From Chrysomallon squamiferum (lineage: Eukaryota > Animalia > Mollusca), in contig CM022668.1 of assembly GCA_012295275.1 (NCBI GenBank), forward strand, positions 7,750,001 to 7,814,000: 64,000 nucleotides of DNA, in the 5' to 3' direction. Under the pieces are notes generated by a model, which had not been told where the DNA came from, ran no database searches, and worked only from the letters and a program-made list of their open reading frames with translations. Both the position numbers and the translations under genes were made by a program. Below, in pieces: positions 44,449 through 59,200 of this stretch (positions are counted from its first letter, which is position 1; every line of letters starts with the position of its first letter).

Positions 44449-45007
44449 CTACAAAATCAGTCAATAAATTCATAGCACAATCATTTTAAAATCGCAACCT
44501 ATTAATCATTTAGACAATAAATATCAAAATAACAACAAAAATATAACAACTAGAACAATAACAACAACAATAATAACACAATAATAATCATCATTATCAT
44601 CATCGTCGTCGTCGTCATCATGATGTAATTCCAGATCAATATATATTTTATAAATATAACAAAGACTCCAATAATTTCATTTAATTATGTTACCTGTTAA
44701 TTTGCTCCAACATTCTTAATCAGTTAGGTAAGATATTGTGATGAGCGAAGTGAAAAATAAAGTAAGTAAAAAGAAATGCATGTGACACTGGCTAATGACG
44801 TACGGAATCCGGAAATTACGACAATGATGTTACCGATTTGACGTAATTGTTTATTGATGACGTACTAAACAAGTCGGACATAATTATGTGGTAAGTAAAG
44901 ATAATTTTCACATTTTTCACACAATTTTTCGAAAGTGAAGGAAATTCACAGTGAAAATTATGGTGATTACGGTTTAGTTTAAGGTATTACTGTCTGCAGT
45001 TTCTATG

Positions 45008-45038
<31 letters not shown>

Positions 45039-45145
45039 GAAGAAGAAAAAGATGAAGAACAACAACAACAACAACTGTACGTGTACATGTGTTATGTATG
45101 TATGTATCTATGTGTATGTATATAGTGTATGTGTGATTATATATA

Positions 45146-46475
45146 GGGTAAGGTGGGGTAATTCTGGCCCCCGAGGTATATTATGACTTGCAGCCGCTAT
45201 ACTGTTCTGTCCAGATTTCTGGAACTTTGTTGATATAAATAGAACCTACCTATCTCTCATTAGAACAAAGGATGTAAGTAATCAGCCATTTACATGTGAA
45301 ATATAGTGCCACGAAAGTAATGAAAACAACGAGGTTATAACAAAAAGTGCATTTTGAGGTTTCAAAAGTGAGTGCTATTTTTTTTAGTCCTATAGACATA
45401 AAGTTAGTGAAAAGGTATAACAGGTAAACATATAAACAATTACTAAGTTCAACAAAAGAAACCTGATTAATATGTGGTAATTAGGCTAGAAATATGTGTT
45501 TTATTTTACTCCAATTCTAGCCCCCATGGAGTGGTAAATCTGGCCCCCATATGTGATACTGAAATCAATAGTTTTGGCATTGATATAGTCCATTCTGAGT
45601 TTTATTTAAGTTTTTTGAAACAACTGAAATTCCACGGTCTATCTGGTGGGGCACGCTGTCAAACTCGAAATAAAATCAAGATGATAAAGTATGCCGAGGC
45701 ATTGACAGAAGATTAGAAAGTGTCAATAGGTACGAAGAAGAGTGTGCAGAGAAGAAGAAGAAGGAAGAAGAAAGGCCAAAGAAAACAAAGGCGAGAGGCA
45801 CAACGACAACCAGAAAACCCCCCAAAAACAACAACAGAAGAGACCAAAGTCATAACAGCAATTCAGTTTGAATGCTACAGCAGAACCGGTGGATGCAGTC
45901 ATAGAAAACGTTGATGGTGAAGAGACTGAACTAGAAGACAGAGATGTAGTAGGTACACAAGAAAAATGTGAACTCTGTGACAGAGTTGATGATGAAATGA
46001 ATTCTGACGAGTTCATAGGATGTGACCGGTGCCCAAATTGGTATTGTCTTGATCCTTGCGCAAACCTCGAAATCCGAGCCGGTGCGGACTTGAAAGATAT
46101 TGTATTCTTGTGTGATATTTGTCAAGGAGTTTAGTTTATTGAAGTTTTGAATCTGACTTGTATTATGATTAGGACAAATTAGTAGTAGTAGTAGACAATG
46201 ATTATATAGCAATAATCAGTACAACAAATTTGAGGAATAAAATACATCATGAATGTAGGGGCCAGATTGACCCCAAATCATCGGGGCAAATCTGGACCCT
46301 GACAACAATTCTTGATCTGGTTCGCATTTCAAAAGTATAAGCACTATGCTTGTAGTGTTTGAAGTAGAACTAAATATACTACACATTATCCTCTCCATTT
46401 TGTTGTTTTCGTTTGTCTGTGAAACTGTAGGTGAGTTTGAATGGAAAAGGGGTCCAGAATTACCCCAGCTTACCC
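45146..46475 (+). mobile_element. Internally deleted TIR DNA transposon (Tc1/mariner-pogo-like, TA target) retaining a C-terminal PHD finger
   Basis: 27-bp TIRs GGGTAAGGTGGGGTAATTCTGGCCCCC (45146) and GGGGTCCAGAATTACCCCAGCTTACCC (46449-46475) match 25/27. TATA on both flanks; internal copies of the TIR motif. Confidence 0.88.
45640..46134 (+). pseudogene. Transposase C-terminal remnant: K/R-rich segment plus PHD-type zinc finger
   Basis: CELC...FIGCDRCPNWYCLDPC...FLCDIC fits PHD spacing with Cys in place of His. Preceded by a frameshifted basic stretch; lies inside the TIRs; no DDE core visible. Confidence 0.75.
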
Positions 46476-46489
46476 TATATAATATATGT

Positions 46490-46597
46490 GCATGTATGTA
46501 TGTATGTATGTATGTATGTATGTATGTATGTATGTATGTATGTATGTATGTATGTATGTATGTATGTATGTATGTATGTATGTATGTATGTATGTAT
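46490..46597. repeat. (TATG)n microsatellite
   Basis: Direct reading. Confidence 0.97.
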
Positions 46598-46750
46598 GTG
46601 TTTGTATCAACTTATATATATCTCTATATATCTATCTACTTGTTATCTATGTTATCTATGTTATTGTTCTTGTTATTATCTATCTATATATATATATATA
46701 TATCTGTTATCTTGAAATTCTTCAATTGTTCTTGTTACAAACATCGTTCT

Positions 46751-46885
46751 TATTAAAGAATGGTTGCAATCCACAATAACAAATACAAACATTATTATTA
46801 TTAAAGAATGGTTGCAATAAACAATAACAAATACAAACATTATTATTATTAAAGAATGGTTGCAATAAACAATAACAAATTAAAC
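46751..46885. repeat. 48-bp tandem triplication
   Basis: AAAGAATGGTTGCAAT at 46755, 46803 and 46851. Confidence 0.92.
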
Positions 46886-47479
46886 GATCACCTTAACAAA
46901 GTTATAAAATACTTAGGTCATATGTAACACAGTAGATACCGTTAACTTCAAATACATATAGATCAATAGCCTTTTGTTTAAAAATAACAGAAACTTATAA
47001 TACAGTCGTTCTGCACATATTAGTAACAATGTCGAGGTGACTAATTACTTTCTTTCACACAGAAACTCAAACACGTGTCCGTCTATAGGCATGAACGCAT
47101 TCACAGTATGTGTATTTTGTATTTCTTAATTTGATGTGGAGTATAGTAATGTAGACAGTAATAATAAGAAGTATATCATACAAATAAATAACACTCATAT
47201 ACATACACATACATACCTATGCATTCATATATATACACATATGTATAGCATACATACAAACATACACACTGATAGACAAAAAACAGACATATATATATAT
47301 ATATAAATACATACATATATTAAAAGACAAAGAAACCCCAGAAATACATAATGGTGGTTAACTGTAATGTAAATCCTATCATTTAAACAAACATACAAAT
47401 AAATTTTGTATAATTCTGATTGAATTTACATCTTGTAGAGATGTTGTATTTTTTGTTTGTTTTGTTTTTAATAAATGAA

Positions 47480-47562
<83 letters not shown>

Positions 47563-48999
47563 CATAATAATAATGATAGTAATAATAATAGTAATAGTAA
47601 TAAATTAAAAATAAAATAAAATAAAAATGAAAGTTTAGGTTACTGACATTTATCGTCAATTTCGTGAGAGAAAACAATTATCTTATTAACATCGACTGTT
47701 ACTGAAAGTGCTGCGGAAACCTCTATCAAATTACAGTCTACACAAAATCCATTTGGGTAAAAGCAGAGTAATAATACATATGTGGAGCATTCTATTTTAG
47801 TCATCATTAATAGCAGTATCGGTTATTTTTATCTTTATTTTCTAAAAGTAATGTAAAATTGAACGAGTTCGTAATTGTACACATTTATGGATACACACAC
47901 ACACACATATATTTTATGTGTCTGTATGTACCTGCGTCTATTTGTTTGAATATGTATGTTTATCTCGGTTTTCTTGTTATGTTGAAATGTAATTTAACCA
48001 AATTAACCAAATCGATGTATCACTAAAAGTTGTGCAGTGATAACGCACCTTTATTTACTTAACGTCACGGCTGACCTAGTTTAAAAGCGACTTCAAAGGA
48101 ACTTGACTTCCTGCCTACCACATTTTCATTTTCACCACGTTTATTTTTATGAAGAAGAAGAAGAAAAAGAAGAAAAACGTGATAATGATAATAAACACAT
48201 TTCAGTCTGAAATAGCATTAACTCTAAAAAGTATGTAATATTTCAGTGACAAACATCCACTTGGATATCTCAATCTAGCATTTTATATATCTATATCTAT
48301 AGCTATATCTATCTATCTATGTGTGTGTGTGTTTATATATACACATATATTACACACACATATATACACACATACACACATTAAAAACAAACAAAGACGG
48401 GACGGAAAAGGATAAAATGTATGCTTATTATTGTTGTCATTATAATGAAGATAACTACTGCGGCTACAACTATCCTTCACTATTATTACCATTGCTGCTA
48501 CTACTACTACCTCCACTATTTTTACTGCAGCTGCTACTACTACTACTACCTCTTCTGTTATTACTAAAAATGCTTATTTTATTTTAGTTATTGTATTGTT
48601 AAACTGTATAGTTTGTGATTATACTTTGTTATTAGTTAAGAATGGACGCCAAAACTTTTGAAATAGATCATAACCTGAAAGTATATAAAATATAACCAGT
48701 AAATAAATAAATTAATAAATAAAAGTTGACGTGAAAGAATGCAGAATATATTAAAACTATTTGTTTATAACAATAGAGGTAAACTTTAAAGCATTTAATG
48801 TCATTGTCAATTAACATACAAGATATATATTCAGAAATGGCCTGTGCATTGATTTCCTATTTATTAACAGAAAATTAATAATAACAAACGAAACGTGGCG
48901 AAGAGCCTTTATTAAAAATGTCCATATAGAAAATTGTAAGTGTTTATTGTGGCTCTCCTCTTGTGTATTAATCAGACAAGAATCTTATCCATGCTTCTG

Positions 49000-49232
49000 T
49001 AATGTTCAGTGGCAGTGCAATCAGAAATGATAGTCTTGTTGTGATGTGCTTGTGTACTTGTAGTGACAGACAACTCAAACTCAGGTCAGGAAATATGTTT
49101 ATGTGATGACATTCTCTCATACGTAGAGTGGCAGTCTTCATATAGGATCTACGTAGAGTGGCTCTCCTACATACTATTATATAGAGAGGCAATCCTCATA
49201 CACACTGTATCTAGAGTGACAATGCTCTTGTA

Positions 49233-49320
<88 letters not shown>

Positions 49321-49445
49321 TATACACACACAGACACACACATAGATAAATAGATATACCTTTCTTCTTATAGACTATTATGTAGAGTGGCAATCCTCCT
49401 ATATCTATAAATATAGTAGCAATCATATCCACTTTATGTAGAAAG
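49000..49445. repeat. Degenerate ~29-30-bp repeat (TAGAGTGGCAATCCTC core) interrupted by (CT)n at 49235-49318
   Basis: Core recurs on both sides of the CT tract. Confidence 0.65.
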
Positions 49446-50509
49446 CAGTCATAAACTAATAAACAAATGTTTCCTTGGGTCATGCACCTATATGCATTTA
49501 ACACAGTATTTATTCTACAAAGGAATATTTCACTTAACGTTATTGGTATCTGCATCAGTGCTGAGACATTTGACATAGGACATTAATACCACCTTGTTAT
49601 CATCCTTCAACTCGAAGGGGATGTTTTGCAGAAAGCGAAATAAAACGACAATGGTGATTACAATTAATTTACTCACTGCTTTGAATGCGGAGGGTTTTAC
49701 AAGTCAGGATTTTCTTTGATTACATTCTGGTTTGGTTATTTTGAAATTTTTATTATCCCGTTCGCAGATGTGAACATGCTTTCCCTCATTTATTAAACTC
49801 GTAAAAATGTTCGTAGTTTGTTCTCATAAAGATTTTTTCAAGCACATTGTACAATAAGAATAACTACAGCTACAACAGCTGCTGCTGCTGTTGCTAGTGC
49901 CACAGCTGTTGTAAATAACGTTGTCGATGGTAGAAAACGAAAAAGAAAAAACAAACAAAAAAACAAGACAAAACAGACAATACAAATATGGGATAGGTTT
50001 TGATTTTTATTTAGATGAATACGGCAGGACTTAATGTGTTTCTGTTAGTTTGTCTGCTTTTCTTTAAGTATGTGTGTGTATCTGTGTATGTATGTACGTA
50101 ATTAAGAACTAAAGAACGCACTGGCACAGGAAATTCTTTTATTAATAAAAAATTAATCATATTCTAATTTTGTCTCTTGGGATTCGAGTTGACTTAACGT
50201 TGATCATTGTAATGTTTTTAACAGTGTGATTTGGTGTTTTGTACATATATGTATATGTATATGTATATATATCGTTACAGTATATGTATGTGTGTATGTA
50301 TACATATATACATACATACACAGTGACGGAATGGATGGTCTCAAAATATATTTTTAAAGATGTTTAAGATAAGAATACAAAATTAAAGGAATATTAAGAG
50401 TAACATTTCTGTTAACCAGTCAGTCTGTTTGATGAATGTTTTAATTTCAAAAAGACAGACATACATAGATTAAATACAATATTTTTGCATGCATACACCT
50501 AAACATGCA

Positions 50510-50600
50510 TACGTACATACTACATACATACATACATACATATATACATACATATATACATACATACAAACATACATACATACATACATACATACATACA

Positions 50601-50634
<34 letters not shown>

Positions 50635-50664
50635 CACACATGCATACATACATACATACATACA

Positions 50665-50732
<68 letters not shown>

Positions 50733-50741
50733 CATATATAC

Positions 50742-50803
<62 letters not shown>

Positions 50804-50810
50804 AGTACAT
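50510..50810. repeat. (TACA)n/(TA)n compound microsatellite
   Basis: Direct reading. Confidence 0.95.
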
Positions 50811-51025
50811 ATGAATACAAACACACACACTGATATGCGCAGTGACCCAGGAAAGCGTGCTAGGACATTTTTAAAGAGCTTTTGTGAAAATCGATCCGTG
50901 TATCTCATCAGTAGGACACAAGAAGACTAAAAGTCTGCTCATCGATAAACTTTACCAACGCGTTAACTACGACAGAACAATCGTAAATCCAAACAATTCG
51001 TTTTTCCTATTGATTTTTCACTTAC

Positions 51026-51430
<405 letters not shown>

Positions 51431-51925
51431 GAATCCGCAAACTCACTATCCATCACAGATATTTATATTTTTAATTCACCTCCTATTCTCTTTTCACGGT
51501 TAAACGTTTCATCACCCGATCTCGCCGCTTATTATCGTTTCTCCCGACCACGTATAAATGCAGTTATCTGATACTTATTGGATATCGAATTGGCCGATTC
51601 CGAGTATGTATTGATGTTCTCCAGCATTCACCTTTACAGATACGGTACAGAATCCGTTTGTAGGGATACCTTCACTTCGCTCGCTAATTGCAGTGAGGTG
51701 GTGAGTGGAGAGAGCGGTTCAGAGCTGCAAGTTGTGTGTGAGTTGACAGAAACACGTGAGTCTGTCAGTGCTCTCGGGCGCCAATGACAGGTCGGGCCAC
51801 GGTACTCCTGTTCTATCGCGTACACGTTGATGTCATCGATTTTGACATTTTTCTTTTTTTTTAAAACATGAAATATAAAATTTAATAATAATAATAATAA
51901 CAATAACAATAACAATAATAATAAC

Positions 51926-51970
<45 letters not shown>

Positions 51971-52624
51971 GTAAATAAATAAATATATAAAAAATAAAAA
52001 CAAAAAATTAATAAGATCGCTAGCTACAAATTGTACTTGTAGGTCAGACGTTACATGTATTTTGTGACCGTAACAAATAAGATGATGATGATGTTAACGA
52101 CGAAGATGATGTGTTGATGATGATGATTATTTATTTTACTTAACTTGTACTTAAACATGTAAATACTTATATCTGTTTGATCGCATCAGTTACAGAAAGT
52201 ATTCAAGAAAAGGTCATTTAATTAATTAATTTATTTATTTAATTGATTATTTTTTCTCTATCATCTAATTCTGTTATCAGATTTCTGAGTTTACTATTCA
52301 TGCCATTACGAAGATTTCTGAGTTTACTATTATACGAAGATAATAAAACAATGGTTAAGCGACCCACGTTAAGTCTCATAAGTACTGTGATCGAATCTTG
52401 TTTGGTAACAGTTATATCCAGGTCGTTGCATATCTCCCTAGGTACGATCATATTCGCTAAACATAATTAGGATTTCTAGACATTAAAACAAATAACATAA
52501 TAAATAAATAAATAAATAATTAATTAATAAAATAAATAAATAAATAAATAAATAATTAAATAAATAAAAAAATAAAAAAAAAAATAAATAAATAAATAAA
52601 TAAAAAAATAAAAAAATAAAATAA

Positions 52625-52667
<43 letters not shown>

Positions 52668-53084
52668 ATCAAAATTAAAAATTAAAATAAATGTAACACA
52701 CCGAAATTTACATGTACCACTTATCCGTACATCTAAACATCTGTATGTCTGAACGTCATAAATTGTGAAACATAAATATAGTTCTAAAATAAAATCTCCT
52801 TAGGAATAATGTGTTTCATTGTAATGAATCAGAAAACAAAACATTAACTGAGAAATATGTTGACGATTATGGCATAATAATCATGTCTGAAAGACTAATA
52901 TCATATATACACACTAAATCATCGGCTCTAAAACTGCCAGCAGAAAATCCGATAGATGGGAAAATCATAATACGTTTGTTTCGAAAGACAGGAAATTATT
53001 TTAGGTATCTTCGTGTGTGTGTTCGTGTGTGCGTGTGTGTGCATACTTATATGTGTGTGTATGGATATATATATCTTTTTTAGC

Positions 53085-53087
<3 letters not shown>

Positions 53088-53159
<72 letters not shown>
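53088..53159. repeat. (CT)n microsatellite followed by (TA)n and (TATG)n
   Basis: Direct reading. Confidence 0.97.
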
Positions 53160-53161
<2 letters not shown>

Positions 53162-53166
53162 TATAA

Positions 53167-53243
<77 letters not shown>

Positions 53244-53968
53244 TGTATGTGTGTATGTAATTCTACATTTGGTGATTAAACTTGCGAATGTCTCTTTTTA
53301 TTATTGCTACCAAAACAACAGAGACAAACACGGAGGAAACACATGCATTTTATCTGAACTGAACAAAATAATTTTCGCTAAAAGAATCCCATTTTAACGA
53401 ACATTACAGGAACTGCAATACTTACAAAGCATACAGACAAACACTAATAATTTATACATTGTGTATTAAACGATTCAGTTCTATATTTACTTCCTGGTGC
53501 GATCAACACAAAATAATCAACATAAACACAATTCAACGTAAGTACACTTTATTCGAATTCAATAGCATTATGATGTCATACAGATGGAATATTGTTCAGG
53601 CGTATCCCCCAGCACTGGTTGCTTAGCAACATTTAAATATGTTTATACACATGCGTGATAGACTAAGAAATCTAATGCTGAAGGCAAACAGTGTAGAGAT
53701 TATCTGTTGTGAAGAAAAGCGCAAAGAATAAATAGAAATGTATACATCTGTGTGAAAACAGCGAAAGGAATCAATAATTGGAAAACAGAAAAGCTTTTTT
53801 CGTTTTGTCTTTCTTCCCCTCTTCCCCGATTTATGTTCCTCTCTGTCTATCCATCCCCCTCTATATTTTTGGTCTGTGCATGTCTTTCCCTATCTTTCTT
53901 TCTTTACCTGATCCTTTTTACCCCTTTCAAACTCTTTGTTACCGTCAATTTTCTCTCTCCCTGTCTCT

Positions 53969-54153
<185 letters not shown>

Positions 54154-54769
54154 TCTTCGCTTCTTTTCTCATTCATTCTTCACTGTGTCTCGTTCTTGCC
54201 TTTATGTCTTTTTTCGTTTTTCATGTTTCCTGTGTTTCCGTATCTCTCTCGACATCTCCCTTTCATCTACCAACTCTCTTACCTTTCATTTTCTCATTCG
54301 TTTTTCTAATTTGTACAAATATCCCATCTATCCCATAATGTAAGTGAGCCATAAATACAAAGATATATTGTTTCCTTATTTCAATGAAATACAACATATG
54401 CCCAATGTATATCAAGAAAGGGTCGAGCTAAATAATAATAATAAAAAGAACAATAATAAAAATGGAAATAAAATGTACATAGACTACTTGTTACATTCTT
54501 GACGACTCTTTTGCACTGCAGATCTTGGTAGACTGACTTACGATACAGACATAAACTATTCCTGTAGTTTGATAATAATATAATTAGTATATTCTGGTTT
54601 TATTATACAATTAAATAATGGTATTTGTGTTTCATCTGTCCTAACATAACAATATATTGATATATACGACAACTGGCTCAGTATCAATATAATTATATTT
54701 AATTACTCAATAACTGGCAGTTCATTATATTAACCTTTGAGAAAAGACTAATCTGTGCTTTGTATGTAA

Positions 54770-54879
<110 letters not shown>

Positions 54880-55209
54880 AAATTTCAGAGTGTTTGGGGA
54901 TTTAAAAAGCATATTTTTGTATTACGATTTTTGACAGTATGATATAAGCGGTTAATAAAAGTAACACTATGATGACTGTACATTGTATTTTATTGTCAAT
55001 ATTTTCTTAACCGGAGATATCTTTACATTTAAACATTTAAAAGACAAAAAAAAAAAAAAAAAAGACAAAAGAAGTAAAATGATTTTTTTTTCACGATTTC
55101 AGAAATGAAGATCAACTTGTAATAAAATAAAATAAATTAAATTAAATAAGCAGATAATTAAATAATTAAGTGAATTTATAGATAATACGAAAACAAATGT
55201 GGAAGGAAA

Positions 55210-55242
<33 letters not shown>

Positions 55243-55600
55243 TTTAAATGAAAAAGATTACGACATTATCATCACTCTATTGGTTTTGGCCTGGAAATAA
55301 ATGAAAAAATCACAACATGACAGAATAAAAACTGTTTGTTAAATGAATACTGAAAATAAAAACCATTAGAGAAAATATGTTTATATAATAATTTCTTTTA
55401 AGAGGGATTTAACTGAGCCAAAAACACATTCATCAAAAAAAAAAAAAAAAAAAAAAAAGAATAACTAGAAGAAAAAAAAAGACAGTAAGCAAAAACACAC
55501 ACACATGACTATAATTTGTATTAAGAAAAGTCTAACAAATTTATAGATTTTAGATTTTCCGAATAAATAAAAAGCTTAGACTAGAGTCAGCCGTTACGTG

Positions 55601-55614
55601 GTTGCCATGACAAC
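55601..55614. promoter_or_regulatory. RFX X-box motif GTTGCCATGACAAC
   Basis: Matches the GTNRCC-ATRGNAAC-type imperfect palindrome; function untested. Confidence 0.4.
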
Positions 55615-56138
55615 CTAATGTTGTTTTTTTCCCCCCTCTCCTTTAATTCCCAAACTGTTGATTTAATTTGAAACGATCTTAACCAATATTCAGTTTTCAT
55701 TCTTTTCTTTTCCATTTTTTTCCCTTTCTACATTATCGTCTTCTCGGTTTTATTTTTTATTTATTTTATTCTATTTTTTTTTGTTAAAAAGTAACCTAAT
55801 TTTTAATCACAGTGTGCTCACTGATGTTTGAACAGAAAAAAATTAAAAAAAATAAAATAAAAGATCCGATTTTACGCTGTAGTTAATTGAAAATTTTCGC
55901 TTCTAATCTGAAAGCCACTAATATAATAAACTAAAATAGACGTACTGTTATAATTAGTAGTTTCTGCGCAGTCTCAGATCCATCAGCCTCGCTAACGATT
56001 TCTACTGATAATTATGTAAACAATGTTTAAATCAATTTTCTATTTTGAATCGAATTTGCTATTCGTCATATTATTAACTGCAAATATTTAGCAATTGTGT
56101 TTGTATATGTTTATATATGTATGTATTTAGGTATGAAT

Positions 56139-56257
56139 ATTCTCTGTCTTATGTACGTCTGATTAGACTCTGAACATAGACAACATTTGGGAACGCACTG
56201 ACACAGGAGGGCAAAGTTCAGTCACGACCTCGCAAAACCGTCAGATGCCGTTGACGA
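56139..56257 (-). mobile_element. tRNA-derived SINE (copy 2, head truncated)
   Basis: Collinear with 19815-19933 (ATTCTCTGT.TTATGTACGTCTGA.TAGACTCTG.ACATAGACAA...CCGTCAGATGCCG.TGACGA). Confidence 0.8.
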
Positions 56258-59200
56258 TGGATTACATTATTTTGATTAGCAGTCAAATAAATTTTTAGAA
56301 CAGACCTACTCACAGACAGGAAACATAAAGCTCAGTCTTTAATAAAACTGGTAAAATTCTGCTAAGTGCAGAAACTGAAAATTATAAATCTGTGGAAAAT
56401 TTAATATTCTAATTGATGTGAATACCTGTTCATTATTTCCATTATTTTTAATTTTTATTCTTTTTTTATGGGAGTAATATTATTAGCAAACTCAGATTAA
56501 ACGATTAAAAACACACGTTTGTGTCATATTTCATTAAAAAAATAATATTAATAATAATAATAAAAACAAAATTAAAGATCAACAAACCAATACTGGTTTA
56601 ATGCACCTGCCTAAAGAACATCAAGTTGAAATTGTTTATATGAATTACAAACACACAAACACACACACACAAACACACACACGCGCGCGTACACGCACGC
56701 ACACACACAATAAAAGAGTGTTTAGAGTACTGAAAAAAGAAAAAAATTTAAATCATTTTTATTATTATTAATTGTTTTGGGGTTTTTTTTATCAGTCAGC
56801 TCGCATTGTTTTCGTTCAGATGAGAAATAAAATAAAGAATTTGTTAATATCTGATGTTGAATAACTTAATGTTACACAGACACACGCGTCCACGTACAGA
56901 CATGTTCCCCTCTGACGAACAGGTCGTAAGTCGTTTTGATGTAATGCTTTACCTACAGTACTATATAATGTCACATTATCTTACAATAAGTCACATGTAC
57001 GTATGTGTGTTTGGGTGTGTGTATTTGTATACCCTTTAATTAATTTAAGTCAAATATAATTTGCAGTCACTAAAAAACAAACAAACAAAAAAAAAAAAAC
57101 AAGTATAAAGTAAATAAAAAAGAAATAAAAGAAATAAAAGAAGAAAAAATTATTTATTGATAACTTGTGCTGGGAAGTGGATCAAAGATTTTGCTGTCAC
57201 TGGTTTGATTGATGAAGTCGTTCTCTGTGAAAAAAAATAAAATAAAATAAAAAAAAACATGAAAAAAAACAAACAAGTTCAGTTGAAAAACTCGCGCATA
57301 TTGGATACACAAAATGGGTTTACAGCCTAAGAGGAATAACTCCTGTTACAATATATATAACATATATACACGCACACACACACAACTATTATTATTATTG
57401 TGTTTATTTATTAATTATTATTATCATGTTAACAATGATTATTTTTTTTAAACATTATTACGACAATTTAGGGAAAATACTTGAGAATCAAAACAGAAGT
57501 TATTTCTCTAAGACCACTGAGATCGATTAGCTCTCTTTTCCATTCCACCAAAATTGGATGTCATTATTATTGATATTCGACAATCAGAAAAAAAATATTA
57601 ATTTATTAATTTGTTTATTTCTTATTATTTATTTTATTGTAAATTCTCCATTTAATTTTTTAAAATGGTGTTTGTTATTTTCTTCGGTGATCCTATATTC
57701 GGCTAAGATTTATAAAATATTTTTGTAGTTAAACTACATAACATGATCCAATGAGAGCAGTGATGTATGTTACAAAGGCAAACCTCTGCAGTCAGTACAA
57801 CAGGAGTTAATCCCCTTAGAACACCATTTTATATTTTAATTTTATTTTCTTTACTTGTTGTGCGATTCCGTAATGTAATTAAGAAAACATCGAACTGGCA
57901 GCGTATTGGTATAAAGATTTCCTCTTATTAATACAAATATATTACAAAATAAACATACAAACAAGATTTACTCAACAGTTTAAAATCACTAAAAGAAACA
58001 AGAAGTTATAAACGTATGAGACTTTCAGCCTCCAAAAACTTGTCTCTTCGAATTTCTCGTGATAAATTATCATGCTAATCAGACAAACTGTTATGAAGCT
58101 AGTAGCCCTCTGTTTGACGCTACAGGGTGGGGCTCTCACGGGGAAGGGCAGAAGAGCTGGAAGAATCGGGAACTCGCCTAATGTTTTGCAAAGCACAAAA
58201 ATGTGCCGAGCTGATCGGAGCGTAAGAATTTGCCAAGGACTTTGTTGTTCATTTCATCCCTACGAGTAGGCAGACGACAGTTTTATCATTGCAAAGCATC
58301 CCATTTATTTTAATGAAGACTGACATTGCACACTAGTAAAATGACAACAAAACATTTAAAATAATACCAAAATGTTTATGATTTTTATTTGATTAAGAAA
58401 TAAGGCGGTATTTTTTAACGCATATGTGTACGGGAAACGTACACCCATTTTCTGATAGACTCGCAATTAAAGTAAACATAACTTTCTATGAATGAAAACA
58501 ATGTAACAGAATGAAAATAATCGAAACATAGCGTCAGATAACACCCCCAAAAATGTATCAAAATGGCGGAAAATGCGCGATTTCTCCTTTTTGCACATAC
58601 CTACATATAGTAAACATTTAAAAAGTAAAATAAACATCCAGTCAAATGGGAGTATTTTGATCAGGTGACCTAACACACGGCGATAATTTGTTTACAATGT
58701 TTACCGCCAAATCATATGATTTTTTTTTTAATCCCCAGAATGTAGAAAGCGGTTTGCGCTCGATAGAGTTTGATGATATTATTAAGTAAGTAAAATTTTT
58801 ATTTATTATTATCATTATTTTGTTGTTGTGGAAAATTTTAAAAACGAACGAACATAAACAAACTGGAACATGGATAGGCCCTAATGGCGGTAAAAAGGCA
58901 CGGTCTCGCAAAGAATACGACATCAAATTTAACATGCATCAAGAAAAATACCTTAACTAAAGTACAGTCAAGGTTTCCCTTTTTGCTGTTATAAAAGTTC
59001 GGCCAGTTTGTACAGCGCAAAGTCAGTCAGAGACGCGTAAGGCAGAACAAATTAATCATGTATTTTAAATGAATCTGGTTTGACGTCAGTGCCTTATTTT
59101 GGCAATTAAACTTTAATTGTTATATTAAAACATCGGATGATGTTTGCATATGTCACAACTCATAACGATTGCAACAAAAACACGTTTATATCAGTATAAG

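Noticed and set aside
57960-59160. CpG-containing segment resembling DNA-transposon interior or GON-gene exons
   Set aside because: No paired TIR/TSD and no coherent spliceable coding frame could be established by eye.
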